A DNA stretch of 64,000 nt from Nymphaea colorata (lineage: Eukaryota), in contig NC_045138.2 in assembly GCF_008831285.2 (NCBI RefSeq), forward strand, positions 31,620,001-31,684,000, given 5' to 3'. Of the stretch, positions 1 to 12,900 are shown one piece after another. Both the position numbers and the translations under genes were made by a program. The notes beneath the pieces are model-generated. The model was not told the origin of the DNA and did not search any database. It saw nothing but the letters and a program-made list of their open reading frames with translations. Position 1 is the first letter of the stretch; every line of letters starts with the position of its first letter.

Positions 1-984
1 CTTTAATTATGCCCCCCTCATAAAAAAAATTTGGCAGTGATTATATATTTCACATGGATTTCAATTTAGTTATTTTACTAAATACCAAATCCCAATCATA
101 TTAATAACTGAATCTAAATTGATTTATCAAATCACACTCTGGCATTACTAACAAAATACGAACCTACACATTTCAGAAAGAAAAAAAATCTTCATCGGAA
201 AGTGGTGAAAGGGAAAGCAGACATGGGAAGACCACATGAGACCAGTGCTAATGTAATTAACGTATCAAACAGCTTTGGCCGATATATATCATGTCCTCTT
301 CTTATTGATACAGTCCAGATCATTACCGGTTTATATTTTAATTTTAAAAACATTTCAAGTAAATTTTAATTTTCAAGTGTATTTTTGTTATGCTTCAACT
401 TACATATATTCACAACACAAAATTAAATTAACATATCTTTTAAGTAGCATTGACCTTTATTGTCCACCATTGAGCAAGGGTCTATTTTATTTTTTTTTAA
501 GATCAATTTTAATGAAAAGATATAATTATAAATCCTCTTGTTCGAAAATAATTGAAAAAGTTGAGCACCTATTTAACGTCCTTTAACAGTAAGGTGACAT
601 TTCTTCATTTTATCTTTTTTTTTCTCTTCACCAAATTGTTGTTATTATTATTATTATAAATTTATTTATTTATATACGCGAACATGGTCACCAAAATCAT
701 GTTCACATATTTACTATTTATTTTTCTTTTGTAAAAAGTAAATTTCCGCACACAATAGTAAAAAAGAAAAAGTAAACGAATAGAAGTGTAATATATTATG
801 ATGCCACTTGCTTCCTTTACCGTTCAACATTGTTGGACCATTTTATAAATACTTTGAGGATAATAGTTTTTGTCATTTTAATCATAAAATTTAATTTTTA
901 AGGATATTGGTGTAATTTCGATTTTCAAAAATAGGAATAAAAGACAAAGAAATTAACGTCTCTGTCTGAAATGTCACTCGCCAC

Positions 985-1146
985 CGTCACTCACTCACTC
1001 TCTCTCTCTCCCTCTCTTCTTCCCTTTGTCCACGGCGATTCTACTGTTCAGACAGAAGAGGGGAAGAGAGGAAGCATTGCGGTTAGAAGAGAGACGACAA
1101 AACGATCGGAGCTCTTTCTTCTGTTTCGGTCCACTCACACGCTACG
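985..1146 (+). promoter_or_regulatory. Probable non-coding first exon / 5' leader of the glycosyltransferase gene
   Basis: CT-rich tract (~990-1026), a shift to higher GC, and a donor CG|GTGAGT at 1146/1147. The exact TSS is not visible. Confidence 0.55.
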
Positions 1147-2482
1147 GTGAGTTCGCCGGCGGCTCGGATTGTCGTTGTTTTCCGCTCCGGGAGTAGTTCC
1201 GTCCGATTCCATCAGCACTCGGTGAAATCTGGTTTCAAATTGGTAAAATTTTAGCCCGGCATCTCTACGAACTTCGAGGATCTAGTTTGGTTTCTGGTTC
1301 TGGTTGTTAAATCAGCTCGGGTTCGAGCTGTGCATTTGAACCGTTTTCTTCTAGTCGTCACAAAGACCCGTGATCTTGCGTGTTTCTGGTGGTTTTGTAG
1401 TGAATTCGTTTCTGTGCTTCTTAGGATCGACATGGTAAGTGTCTTTCCTTTAAAGTATAGTAAAGACCGTCAGTTTTGAGCGTGAAACTGAAGCTGGGGT
1501 TTTTTGTGTTCAAGCGCCGTTAGTCTGTGAATTCAAGACGCCATGCGGCCCCGACGTTGTTCCTGTTGCCATAGGGCATTTTGGGTCCACTTTTTTATGA
1601 TGCAGTGCTAAGTAGAGAAACAGCTCATCGAGCTCTTGAGCAGGAGAAATTCATTGTTTCTTCCCTTTGTTCTTGTACTGTATTTGTGGTTTTATTTGAT
1701 TGTGGAGTTACGTAAAGTGTTATTTTCTAAGGAATGACGCTGCAGTTACTGAGTGTGCTACTTAGGTTGATGAATAATCTTACTGAAAATCCTCTACTAT
1801 TGGGGATTGGAGAGAGTTTACTTATTTTGATTGCTCAATTTACTATTTCGTTTCAATGATCAACGAAGTTCAGTACTTCTGGGAGCCTCTCTATAATCGA
1901 CCTGAATCCTGAATGGAAATAACGATAAATGTAAAGGATGCTGGCATTACCTTTAAGTTCAAAATCATGTAACTGGTCGTTGCGACGTTACACGTTTTTT
2001 TCCACTTCTATTGGCCTGTTGACGTCATGCTCTCTCTGTTGTCGTAGGTTACCCTAGGGGTAGTGCTTGTCGGAAGTGAACGGAAGCCATCTCAGTTATG
2101 ATAGTCTGGTCTGACCATCAAGCTGTTTCATTCCACCCAAAAGTGTCTCTTCATGTTCATGACAATGGTACCAAATTTTTTGTAAGATTCTTTACAGAGA
2201 GTACTATTAAACAGTAACCAGCGGTGTCTTCGTTGCAAAAGCCATTTCTCAAACATGTGCCTTGGGTTGGAACCTTGAGATATGAGAGCTGATCTTTGTG
2301 GCAATGTCTTCTTGATACTTACTGGTTTCACAACCTTTCTTGGAGATAATCTGTCTTAAAAATTCCTGGTAGTGATTGTGGATTATACATCAAGTTTGTG
2401 ATACTGAGGAAGTGCTTAAGTTCTCCAGATTGGACTTCCTAAATGGGTTGGTACCAAGTTATGCACTGATTTGAATTGGAGT

Positions 2483-5400
2483 ATGGAAGAATCTGATAGC
2501 AGAGGAGATTCACAAGGCAATGGGACAAAGCCTGCTCCTCTGAAAACTAATTCAAGTTTTAAAGCTACCTCTTCAGGCAGATTGACTCCTAAGAATGCAG
2601 CTTCATTTCGTAGATCTCGTTCAATTAGAACTCCTCGCAAAGAACCTAAACTTCACATTAGTCCTCTTCGATGGATCAGAAGCAAGCGGTTGTTTCCTTG
2701 GTTGGTTATCATTGGTGTTTGGAGCTACATTGGTTTCCATGTACAGTCAAAATGGACTCATGATGAAAACAAAAAGGAGTTTCTAGGTTATGAAAGTAAA
2801 CCTTTCTCCCAACATCAAGTGGATGGTATGATCAATAGTACGGTACCCAAGGAAGTGGATACAACGATGTTCCAGAATGGTTCTTTCACAAGTGTCAGTC
2901 TCAGTGAGGCGCTAGCAGATGGTGGCAGTTCAACTAGGAGGCCAAATGGAATTACTGTCAGCACCTCAAAAACTAAGAAGTCATCCTCTCGCCGCCGCTT
3001 GAGTAGGAAGAAGACCAAAACTAATAACAATCCGCAGAAAAGAAATGGTACTATGAGTGAGATCAGTAACCTGGATGAAGAAACAGAACCAAGCAATGGC
3101 AGCATTACACCTTATGAAACAATCAAGGGAAACACTTCTTATGGACGTATCGTTGGACCTTTCGGTAAAATGGAAGACAGCATTTTGGAGTGGAGTCCAG
3201 AAAAGAGAACCAGTACTTGTGACAGGAAAAGAATGTTCGCACAAACAGTCTGGGGCAGGTCATTCGTTTTGATAATTCATGAGCTTTCACTGACAGGTGC
3301 CCCAATTTCCATGATGCAACTTGCAAGCGAACTTCTGAGCTGTGGAGGTACAGTATCTGCAGTGGTCCTTAGCAAGAAAGGTGAGCTAATGGGAGAACTG
3401 TCAAGGCGTGGCATTAAAGTGCTGAAGGATAAGGTGGACCTTAGCTACAAGGCTGCATCAAAAGCTGACCTCGTAATTGCAGGTTCAGCTGCATGTGCTT
3501 CCTGGATCGGTATGATTTGCATGCTTGAATAATTTATCTTCTCTCATGCAGTAACAAATTCAAATAATATTTTTGTGGAACCCATATGCTAAAAAGCGCA
3601 TGGTCACTTTTTCCAAGCCGCATTATGGTGAGGTTTTCCAAGGTTTTGGCTAGGCTGACACTGCAGAATATTAAGAGTTTGTTAACCTATAATTTCCTAT
3701 TGCTTCATGCCTCACTGGATATAGCTTGTTCCTTCAACATCTTCTGTGTCATAAATATTTGTCTCCTTGGCAAAAGTTTAAGCTACGTTGTTGTTTTGAC
3801 CTATAGTAGCTCATATGTATTTAAGTTGCCTCTCATCAAAGTGAATCAGGGTTTTTCTTAGTTTCTTTCTATTGCTTCTTTCTGGTTCAAAGTTTTTGGG
3901 CCAAACCATGTCTATGAATTTTACACGTTTCTATTCATATTATTTTCCTTTTATTCAATCACATTTTGTTTCACATATCTATAGTACTTTTTAGCTTCTT
4001 CCGCCCCTTTCACCCAGTCTGCCCCTCCTGCTCCAGTTTGCAACATGCCACCTCTGTCAAAGGGGATGTAACGCTTTCCTTCTCCTTTCCTTTTTGCAGA
4101 ACAATATCTTTCACATTACATGAGTGGTGGGAGTCAAGTAGTATGGTGGATCATGGAGAACAGAAGGCCATACTTTGATCACTCAAAGCATATGCTTTCG
4201 AAGGTGAAGATGCTGATGTTCCTATCAGAAAATCAGTCTGAACAATGGGTTGCTTGGTGCAAAGAAGAGAAGATTCCATTGAGGTCCTCACCTGAACTAG
4301 TTCCTCTTTCAGTTGCTGATGAACTGGCATATGTAGCCGGCTTGCCTTCTTCATTAAATACCCCCTCTTTTACTACCGAAAAGATGTTAGAAAAAAGACA
4401 TTTGTTGAGAGATGCTATTAGAAGGGAAATTGGATTAAATGATAGTGATATGCTTGTGATGACACTAAGTAGCATCAATCCTGGAAAGGGCCAATTGTTT
4501 CTTCTTGAGTCAGCTTTGCAGGTGTCTAACAAATTATCTTTTCAAGCAGATATTAGGCAGAAACTTGCCACACAAATGAAAAATTCCTCCACTGTCGCTG
4601 GTCGCAAACACCGTCGAGCAATGGCCAAAAGGAAAAAATCAAGAGCCCTATTAAATGATTTGTCCCATTGTGATTATGAAAATATGCAGGATACTGCCAA
4701 GAAGCGGCAGATAAGGAGGATATTATCAGAGCATAAGGGGAAGCACAGAGAGGCAATTAAAGTTTTAATTGGCTCCCTTGGATGCAAGAGTAATAAAGTG
4801 ATCTACGTAAATGCCATTCTCAGGTTCTTGTCCGAACACTCAGACCTCTCAAAAGTTGTTCTATGGACTCCTGCAACAACACGTGTTGCCTCGCTTTATG
4901 CTGCAGCTGATGTATATGTTATTAACTCTCAGGTGATTGAATTTTTTAACCCTTTACTGTCTTCTTTTTAAATTGAAGTTTTACCATGGATGATGATTAA
5001 TCATGTTTTCTGCATTCTTGATTTTCAAACATCTATGGATGACAGCTCTGCCTCAACGAGGTTGTGTGAATCACAGGGCATATTGGTCAGAGCATCTTTA
5101 GGAAAAAGTTGAGGAGAAAAAAGATGAGGACAAGCTGACGTTCCAATGTGAAAAGAAAAGAAATAAATAGAATTTCAAACGGGAAAAATGCAATTTGATG
5201 TCATGATTGGACGAAATTTAACAACCAGCCTTGTAGTAGATGTAGCCAACTAAGTGAGTCTTAAGCTCATGCCATATGCTAGTTGTACTAAGATAAGCTC
5301 AACAAACATAAGTGACAATCATTGATGGCGGAAATTTGCAGTCTTGCACATGGCATTCATTCACGTTAATCAGCCAAAATATTGATTGGAAGAATTATGT

Positions 5401-6226
5401 CAACCACAAATTGTTACAGTTCTTCATGCTTGATACCAGTCTCATTCCTGATTCTTCCCTTGCCTCAGTTATTTAAACATCTCCGTGTTGCACTTCTGGG
5501 AGAACTCGAGTTTAAGATAGGGTTGCCAAGAGCTTTGCCAACTTTGATATGAAACACTGGATCATCTAGTCGTAATTATGATACCACTGTCCATTTTGTT
5601 TTTCTTTTAAACTTAGCTTATTCAATCTTCTTAATTTATCAGATATTGTTTGTGAAATCTAGTTTTTTAGATCGTGTGACTTGAATTTAATTTTGTTTGC
5701 AGGGTGTTGGGGAAACCTTTGGACGAGTGACTATAGAAGCTATGGCATTTGGCCTTCCGGTACGTGGACTCATAGTTTTGGTTAAAAAAGTGTCAATGAA
5801 CCCAGGTGTCTTTGCTTCTTGGTTTCTGCAACATGCTTCAGTAATGTGCTTGTGGACGTTAAGAAGTTGAGCAGCATGTTTTGTTTGGGGTGTGCATGCA
5901 TGCATGTGCGGGTGTGTGGGGGTGCGGGTGTGCGAGCCAGAGAGAGCTGCGCAGATCTGATCTTGATGTTCATGTTATAGGTCCTTGGAACAGATGCAGG
6001 AGGCACTCGACAACTTATAGAGCATAATGTCACTGGCTTGCTGCATCCTCTGGGACAAGATGGAGTTCAAGCACTTGCAGACAATCTTGAGTTTCTGTTG
6101 CACAACCCATCGATAAGGGCAGCTATGGGTGCAAAAGGAAGGAACAAGGTTATGAATTTGTTTCTCAAGAACCATATGTACCAGAGACTTGCTGTAGCCT
6201 TCCGGAGATCCATGAAAGTCAAATGA
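2483..6226 (+). CDS. Glycosyltransferase, GT-B fold, GT4/Glycos_transf_1 type; probable type II membrane protein, ~720 aa; resembles the Arabidopsis At3g15940/At1g52420 family
   Basis: Exons 2483-3509, 4100-4932, 5703-5759 and 5981-6226 are joined by GT-AG introns in frame (2163 nt). There is an N-terminal hydrophobic anchor (LFPWLVIIGVWSYIGFHVQ), motifs IIHELSLTGAPISMMQLA and LYAAADVYVINSQ, and the GT4 E-x7-E motif ETFGRVTIEAMAFG followed by VLGTDAGG. Family assignment is from recalled motifs, not a search. Confidence 0.92.
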
Positions 6227-7042
6227 AAGAAGAGGATGCTTGAATGTAGCCACTCTTCCAGGAGGATCTCCGCATTCCACTGTGGTGGATTCATGATATT
6301 TGTCATTCTTTTTCATGTGTGATCCCCACATTTAGTCGGGAGTGCTTCATCCTATCTATCAAATTTTGGAACTTTTTTGTATTCTGAATTTTAACCTTAG
6401 ATTTTTCAATTTTCAACTGCAATATGTTCAAGATGCACATCTCCAACTTGAGGTGAAGCATTATTTAAGTGTGTTGAAGTCCTTAATTTGATCTTTGTGA
6501 GAACAATGCGCATTTATGTAGAAAACCAAATAAATTTCACCTCCAACGGTGCTCTGACATAAAGCAGATGCTAAAATGTCTGCACCTACTGTGGGTGAGC
6601 AGCGTTTTCGACCACTTTAAAAGAAGGCTGAAACCTCTACCTCAACCTCTTATATTATACAAGGTTTGCTTTTGGTGCCTTGGAGTGTTGTCTTTGACTG
6701 TGCTTCAACTTACACATCAATGACTCTTTAATGACGTATTATTATTTTTCCTCGTGAAAAGGATACAAGAAAATTATCCAATTAAGTCTATGTTTCTCTT
6801 GCTTAAACTTTTTAAGTAATAACTTCTTAGTATTACTTAAACTTCTCAGTATTAAGGATAAAGCTTTGATCTTTCTTCCTCCAAACTCTACTTGTCATCC
6901 CTGAAATAAAACAACAGTGATTGGAACGCCATCAAGGGTATAATGTCATTTCGACGGGACAATATTCCCTTTAAACATGCCTAGTGAACCAGACTAGCTA
7001 TCAGACAGGCAATTATAGTTCAGATGCCATGGTTCTCGTTAA

Positions 7043-7180
7043 CTTCCATTCAAACCCACTTCATAATAAGCATTCAAAAGAATTTTTGGGTGTAGAATGA
7101 TTAATCCTCACTAATTTCCATTCAAACCCATTTCATAATAATAAGCATACAAAAGATTTTCTAGGTGTAGAATGACTAAT
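7043..7180. repeat. Imperfect ~72-bp tandem duplication
   Basis: ttccattcaaaccca(c/t)ttcataataa...gcat(t/a)caaaaga...ggtgtagaatga(t/c)taat occurs twice in tandem. Confidence 0.85.
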
Positions 7181-7229
7181 TCGATGAGCTGCATCTGTGG
7201 TACGTCAACACATAGGACTCAGGACTGTC

Positions 7230-8630
7230 CTTGCATCCCCGCAAATCAAATTAGAGACGCATGGGTTTCACGCCCATCCGTTTGAGCTACCCGGGGCACA
7301 TAAGAGAATCTCCGTAACTCTCTTCTTACATTAAGAATGTTGGTTCTTCGGGAATTGCCTCGCAAGAAAGATGGGTAGGAGAACGAGCCGAGATCGCGGG
7401 CAGCCATGATCAAAGAAAGCCTCAAACAGCAATTAGAACTTTCTGCCGTCCATGGGAGGCCCAGGGTGACAAGCGTTGTAGCCATTGGGTTGTTGTTTCC
7501 AGAATGGGCAAATGCGAGGATGGAATGTAGATTCATGTTTAAGAGCCCTAACGAAGAAGTCGAGGAGCGTAACGAGCCCAGCGTTGTCGGCCTTGAATCG
7601 GGAAGCTTTCATGGTGAGAGGGTGGACAGTGAGGAAGCCCCAAGTCTCATCTTGCAGAGGGGAGCTTGGAGGATGGAAAGGAAGACGATGGTTGCTTCGT
7701 GTTGGGTCTCCAGCAGCCCTCCGACCTTCTGAACCTCCAGCTTGTCCCTCTCCACCTTCGCTTGTTAAACTTGATGGCGATCTATTGGAAAACTACGGTT
7801 CTCCCTGGGTATTGCTTGAAGCCTGGGAGTGATCTTCATTGAAGTATACGGATTCACCTAAGAATCTCTAGGTTCACGAACGCAGCATCATCGCCCCCAG
7901 GCAGGGAGGCGTTTGATCAAATAATCGGTAACAACAAGGTTTCCACAGGCCGACCCCCATGAGCACCATAGCGTGGGAATCCCCCAGCAAACCTTTAGAA
8001 GAAGGAACTGGGAAGCAGAAGAAGTTCCGACATTACTAGAGCTTGCCTCGTGCCAAAGCCCTCAATGTCAGAGTTGATTATGCAACGGTGCTCAAGTTGA
8101 AGCGGCACTCTTTCTAGACAAAACGGCAGCCTGAATCGGAGGAAACCAATTCTCAGATTCTCCTCTGATGGCCCTCGAAGTATGGAGTGGTACTGATTGC
8201 AGGCCTGATAAGAAGCTAAGGGAGCCACATGAGGTGAAGGACCTTTCTTTCAATGGAAGATGTTTTACGTTTTAAAGCGTTGAAGCACGAGCGGGCCTTC
8301 TCCCACTGGTGTTTTGGCTTCCGTCTTGTGGCAGTTCGGACGATTTGGAGGCGAGGAATGGGAGCAAGTTCGTGGAGGGAGAGATGAGGGTTGATGACCT
8401 TTTTCAAGGAATTCTGGCGTGCGTATTCAGAGACTATCTCAAGCATTCAGTGCAAGGAGGACCACGAAATCTGTGTGCAGATCGTTCTTTCTGCTCGGTA
8501 CGATGGCATGTTTTTCACATTTTTTCGCCGCATTCCACTCGCATTCTGGTAGAGTAATGTTCTTTAGTAAGCTCAAGATTCTCGACAGAGGGCTGTAAGG
8601 CTGAAAGACAAGGGAGAAGAGGATAGAACA
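7230..8630 (-). mobile_element. Probable highly degenerate LINE (L1-type) 3' fragment (zf-RVT and RNase H-like remnants)
   Basis: A ~1.4-kb island of higher GC with broken minus-strand ORFs. PSEENLRIGF..LPFCLE..LEH resembles the plant L1 zf-RVT region, and AE...LIMAARDLG...RRFSYVPR resembles the RVT_3/RNase H C-terminus. Many stops and frameshifts; similarity judged by eye only. Confidence 0.4.
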
Positions 8631-9903
8631 TGAGCATTTATCAGAACCCATTTATCAGAACCAACAGAGTTGCATCAACCGTATTGAGGTAAGGAACTTC
8701 CCACAATGTTTACAAGCATTTGCTGTAAACTTATGACTGCTCTGTTCATAGTCTTTGTTTGATTCTCTCTCTCTCTAGTAATGCCTTCTTCCATCTATTC
8801 TTTGTATTCTTTCTGCATTGTTTGAATTGATTCTCTTAATAAAGGGATGGTAGCCTCCCACCAGCAGGTTGATTTGGAGTACTACCTTCGTTTTTTTTTC
8901 TTTTGGTTGATGGAAGGAAGGTGCCCATCCCCAGCCATGTAAACACCACGAGCCTAATACCATCAGCTACGCGCCTGTAAAACAGAAAATAATGCCTATG
9001 GCATTCAAACTGCAAATTTGCCAACGTAAACACTAATTGATGCTCCCTTTTTATGAGACCCACTACTTTAATTGAAGATTATTACATGAGAGCAGGAGAA
9101 TATTCATTAGATGACAAGATCTGCTTATGGATGTAATGGATGTAGCACGTTTAATCTTTTTCCGGTAGCTTGCAAGAAGGAACCATTCATCTTGCCAGGA
9201 TCCTCACAAAACAAGGTGGGGCAACAAAGACTACTGGATTACCAGCCTGAACAACCTTAACTAAGGTACTGTGTTCAACCTTCGAAGACTGAGATGGTCC
9301 TTTCGAATAAAGAAAAGTTTTCAGTGTCGCAAGCAGCGATAAGAGATGTCTGATCTGTGAAGTCAGTAGCACAAAATACTTACAGTTAGCGATATAAAAC
9401 TGAAAGATACACTTCAGCAGGATGATACCTGCCTGCACTTGTAATTTTTTTAAGATTGATGGCTCCTCAGCACCACCGCTGTTCACTGAAGGACTTGAAA
9501 AAAGTGAAAAAAAAAAAAAGGCATGGCTTGCCGGCGCTGAAGATTTATTATTTGAGCCAATGAATCCGTCATTGGCAAAGCTTCCTGAAAATAAAAAGAG
9601 GACAAACGTGATAATTCTGTACAATAAAAAGAACCATTAGATTTTACATCTCCTATCCCGCCTGCAGAAATTTTTGATATCAAAATTCCTCCCACATGCC
9701 TCCAGTTTTCACTACCAAAATCTTCCTCTACTTTTCCTGCTGATTGCAAAAGCTGGAAAGTCGTAGGTCCAATTTGCGAGGGTCACCATGACCACCCTCA
9801 TAGCACAAACCACAAGACACCTAGCATCTGTGGTTCACAGTGCAGCAAAAATGATACACTGCCCTATGTGCACATCGTTGATCTGCCTTGCAGACAAAAG
9901 GAT

Positions 9904-12900
9904 TTATTCGCCACCCGCTGACTCATTCTCTGCCGCTTGTATAAGATCAGCAGTCACAAGAGCAACCATAGCCTTGTGAAGAGCCAGATCGGCCCTCTGC
10001 AACAACCTTTGTGCCTTCATGCGCTTAAGCCTAGCCAATTCAGATGCATGCTGTGCTGCAGCAACCGGGTCTCTCAACCTGATTTCTTCGTGATCAGTAC
10101 TACCAGACTGGTCAGAACTCTGCTCCATGGAAGACCCATCAGACTGGTAATGCTTCTTCCTTGGCCACTTGGATGGAGCTGGTCTTTGCAGATGCAATAC
10201 ACCATTTCTCCTGCTTATACTTCCGCTCGCATAACCAGTTGATGGTACAAAAGCCCCCATTTTCTTTGAGTTGTTTATATGATGTGCTCTAGGGCTTTGA
10301 TTAAAGTCCAACCAATCACTGTTTCTTGTTGAAGGACCAGAGGGTGATGTGTACTTGGGTGAAAGCCCTGAATATGACTGAACCCGAGGTGAAACATCGG
10401 AGTAGTCATAGCTTGAATAAGAGTTTACGGCTCTCTCATCCCCAACAGTTGACCCATTCATCCTCCTACCTGGTGCCACGGAGGAATTTGCACATGATTA
10501 GCCAACTCGGTTAAGGAAACAAAAATCAAAATTAGAAGTTCGGAGGGAAAAAAAAAAAAGAGTTGAAACAAGATCAACATAGAGGACATTGAATGCAAAT
10601 TTTTTCATGCAGAACTTGACCTGACCAACTATAGGTTCAAGCCCTTTTTCAATTGCCAATAAATCAACACTGAAGAGAGAAAAAGGACAACTTACCATTA
10701 AAAGGACAACTTTCCAGTTCTCTTGGATAGGCATTGCTAAACCCTACTGCTGGGAATTTCTTATGTGACCTTTGCTTTGAGCCCTTGTTAGGTACTTCCA
10801 GGCCCCGCGGCCGCAGACAGAAAGCAAACATTGGTGGCTTCTCAATGAGCCCGCCTTTGCCAGTGCATCCATCGGAAGAATTTTGCAACTTGGCCATTGC
10901 TGACTCCCATTCCTTCAGCTGCCGCTGATATTGCTCCCACAATGGAGGCTGCATCAAGCAAAAGAAGGTCGCTGAGATTTTGTCAACTCAACCTTTCCCA
11001 AAACAAATTGTCACCAACCAACTTACAAAGCATTATCAGTGTCTACAACAAGCCAAACATATTAAGACATTTTATCCCAATGAATTTAATTGTCGCAAGT
11101 CCTAGTAAGAAGGGAACAAAAGGAAGAAAAGCATGATGAACGGGGGCAGCAGGGTGGAGGGGGGATGGGGGTGGTTGGTGTTGGGGAAGTTTACCTGGAA
11201 TTGCCGAATCAGTGGCGTCCGTTTCTGCCGCCTCTTCATTCGCCAATGCTCATATATGGCATCCATAATATCAAATGGCCCAATACCAGATGTGATGTGT
11301 TCTACTTGATCACAGGAAAATTCTTCACATTGTTGACCATAAGCAACCTTCTCAAATGCATCCATTGCCCTTTCATACATCTCATCAGAAACATCCACAA
11401 CCTGACTCTCATCAATATCCAGTGATTTCCTAAACTGCATGAGCCATTCCTCATCCTCATTATCCATGTCATATAGAACACGAGATGAGTTCAGGGCCAT
11501 CTCAATCTCAGACTCAAGCTGCCTGAAGTATCTAGCCCCACGGACAAAAGGAACTGCAGAATAGCTAGCTTCATCATCGTCAATCCTGCGAACTCCAGGA
11601 ATGGGTATGTTCTTGACTGATGCAGCCCTGATGTTCCTGTTGTAGCACTCCTCATGCATTTCTTTAAAAAGTGCATAATCATTTCTGTTAACAAATTCTA
11701 GACTCCAATCTTTCCCACCCTTCCATATTATGGCATGATTAGATCGATTAGTTACCCCTGGCTGAAGAAGCTGATGTGCCTTGTATGAATACCTAGTGGA
11801 CCCTTCAATTTTCACTAAAAGCCTCCAATCATTATGATCAACAGATGCCAACATAACTTGAGCCCCACATTCTCTCCATCCTCGATCCCCTACAGTGACC
11901 AAAATGTTTGCACCACAGGATAATGAATCCAAGAACCTATGTGGACTTAAAGAATTTCCTAAGCTCCTCCTCAAATCGTCATCATTCTCTTGCTTCAACA
12001 CTCTGCCATGCCGATAAGGGCCCCTGTCATCAGATGGTGATGAACCTGAAACCAAATTCTGGTTCTTCCATGAACGACCAAAAAATTCATTATACAATAC
12101 CCCAGAACGACCCTCCTGCCATGACTTTGAGCGACAGGAAAATGATTTGCGGGCTGATTTTATTCTATTGTTGTTAGACATGCTCCGAGGCGCAGTGGCA
12201 CTTGGATGACGGAAGTTACCTTCCTGAACATTCCCAACCAATTCATTACCTGGGTTTCTTGCATTTCCTGCTGCCCTCTCAAATGGAAGTGGTCTTACCT
12301 GGCTAGATGGAAAACCAATCTGATCATCAACAGCAGAAAGTGGAGGAACAGTAGAAGCTGAAGGCCTGGACCTTCCTGCATACTGCCATGACCCCATGTT
12401 GCACGGATACCTTCGGAGTCGAATTACAGTCCTACAATGAGCATCATCAAAAGGGTGGTCTCTTTTTAATCCTGCAACACCTACATGAATGCCAGCGGCA
12501 TTAAGCTTTCTATCTGATGGTTGTTGATCACACTTTAGCCAATGACCAGTACTGGCAATGGAAGGAGGCGCATCACTCACCACTACACCATGCTTAGGAC
12601 CCAACAACTGAGGACCAGTGGCCTGTGGATTTGTAACTCCTGATGAAGGCTGAATGATTAAACCATCTTTCCCTTTAATCAAAATCCTTTTATTACAGCC
12701 CAAATTCTTTTCCATGGAGCTATTTGGCAAGAAACTAGAAGCAATAGCACTTTCTATCATCAACTTCAGGTGCAGACTAAGAAAAAATGTAGGTGCCGCA
12801 GCAAAAGAAAGGGAAATTGCAGACAAATTTCCTATATTGTCAATTGAAATACCAGGCAAAGAATTCATTGACACTCCATAGCATGACCTGTATATGTGTT

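Noticed and set aside
7406..7832. Plus-strand ORFs of 108 and 115 aa
   Set aside because: They lie within the decayed GC-rich island, lack promoter or splice support and have no clear family. Treated as by-products of the relic.
9187..9749. 145-aa and 88-aa minus-strand ORFs after the EPCR stop
   Set aside because: Non-ATG starts, poly-T-derived FFFF runs, and a location in the probable 3'UTR.
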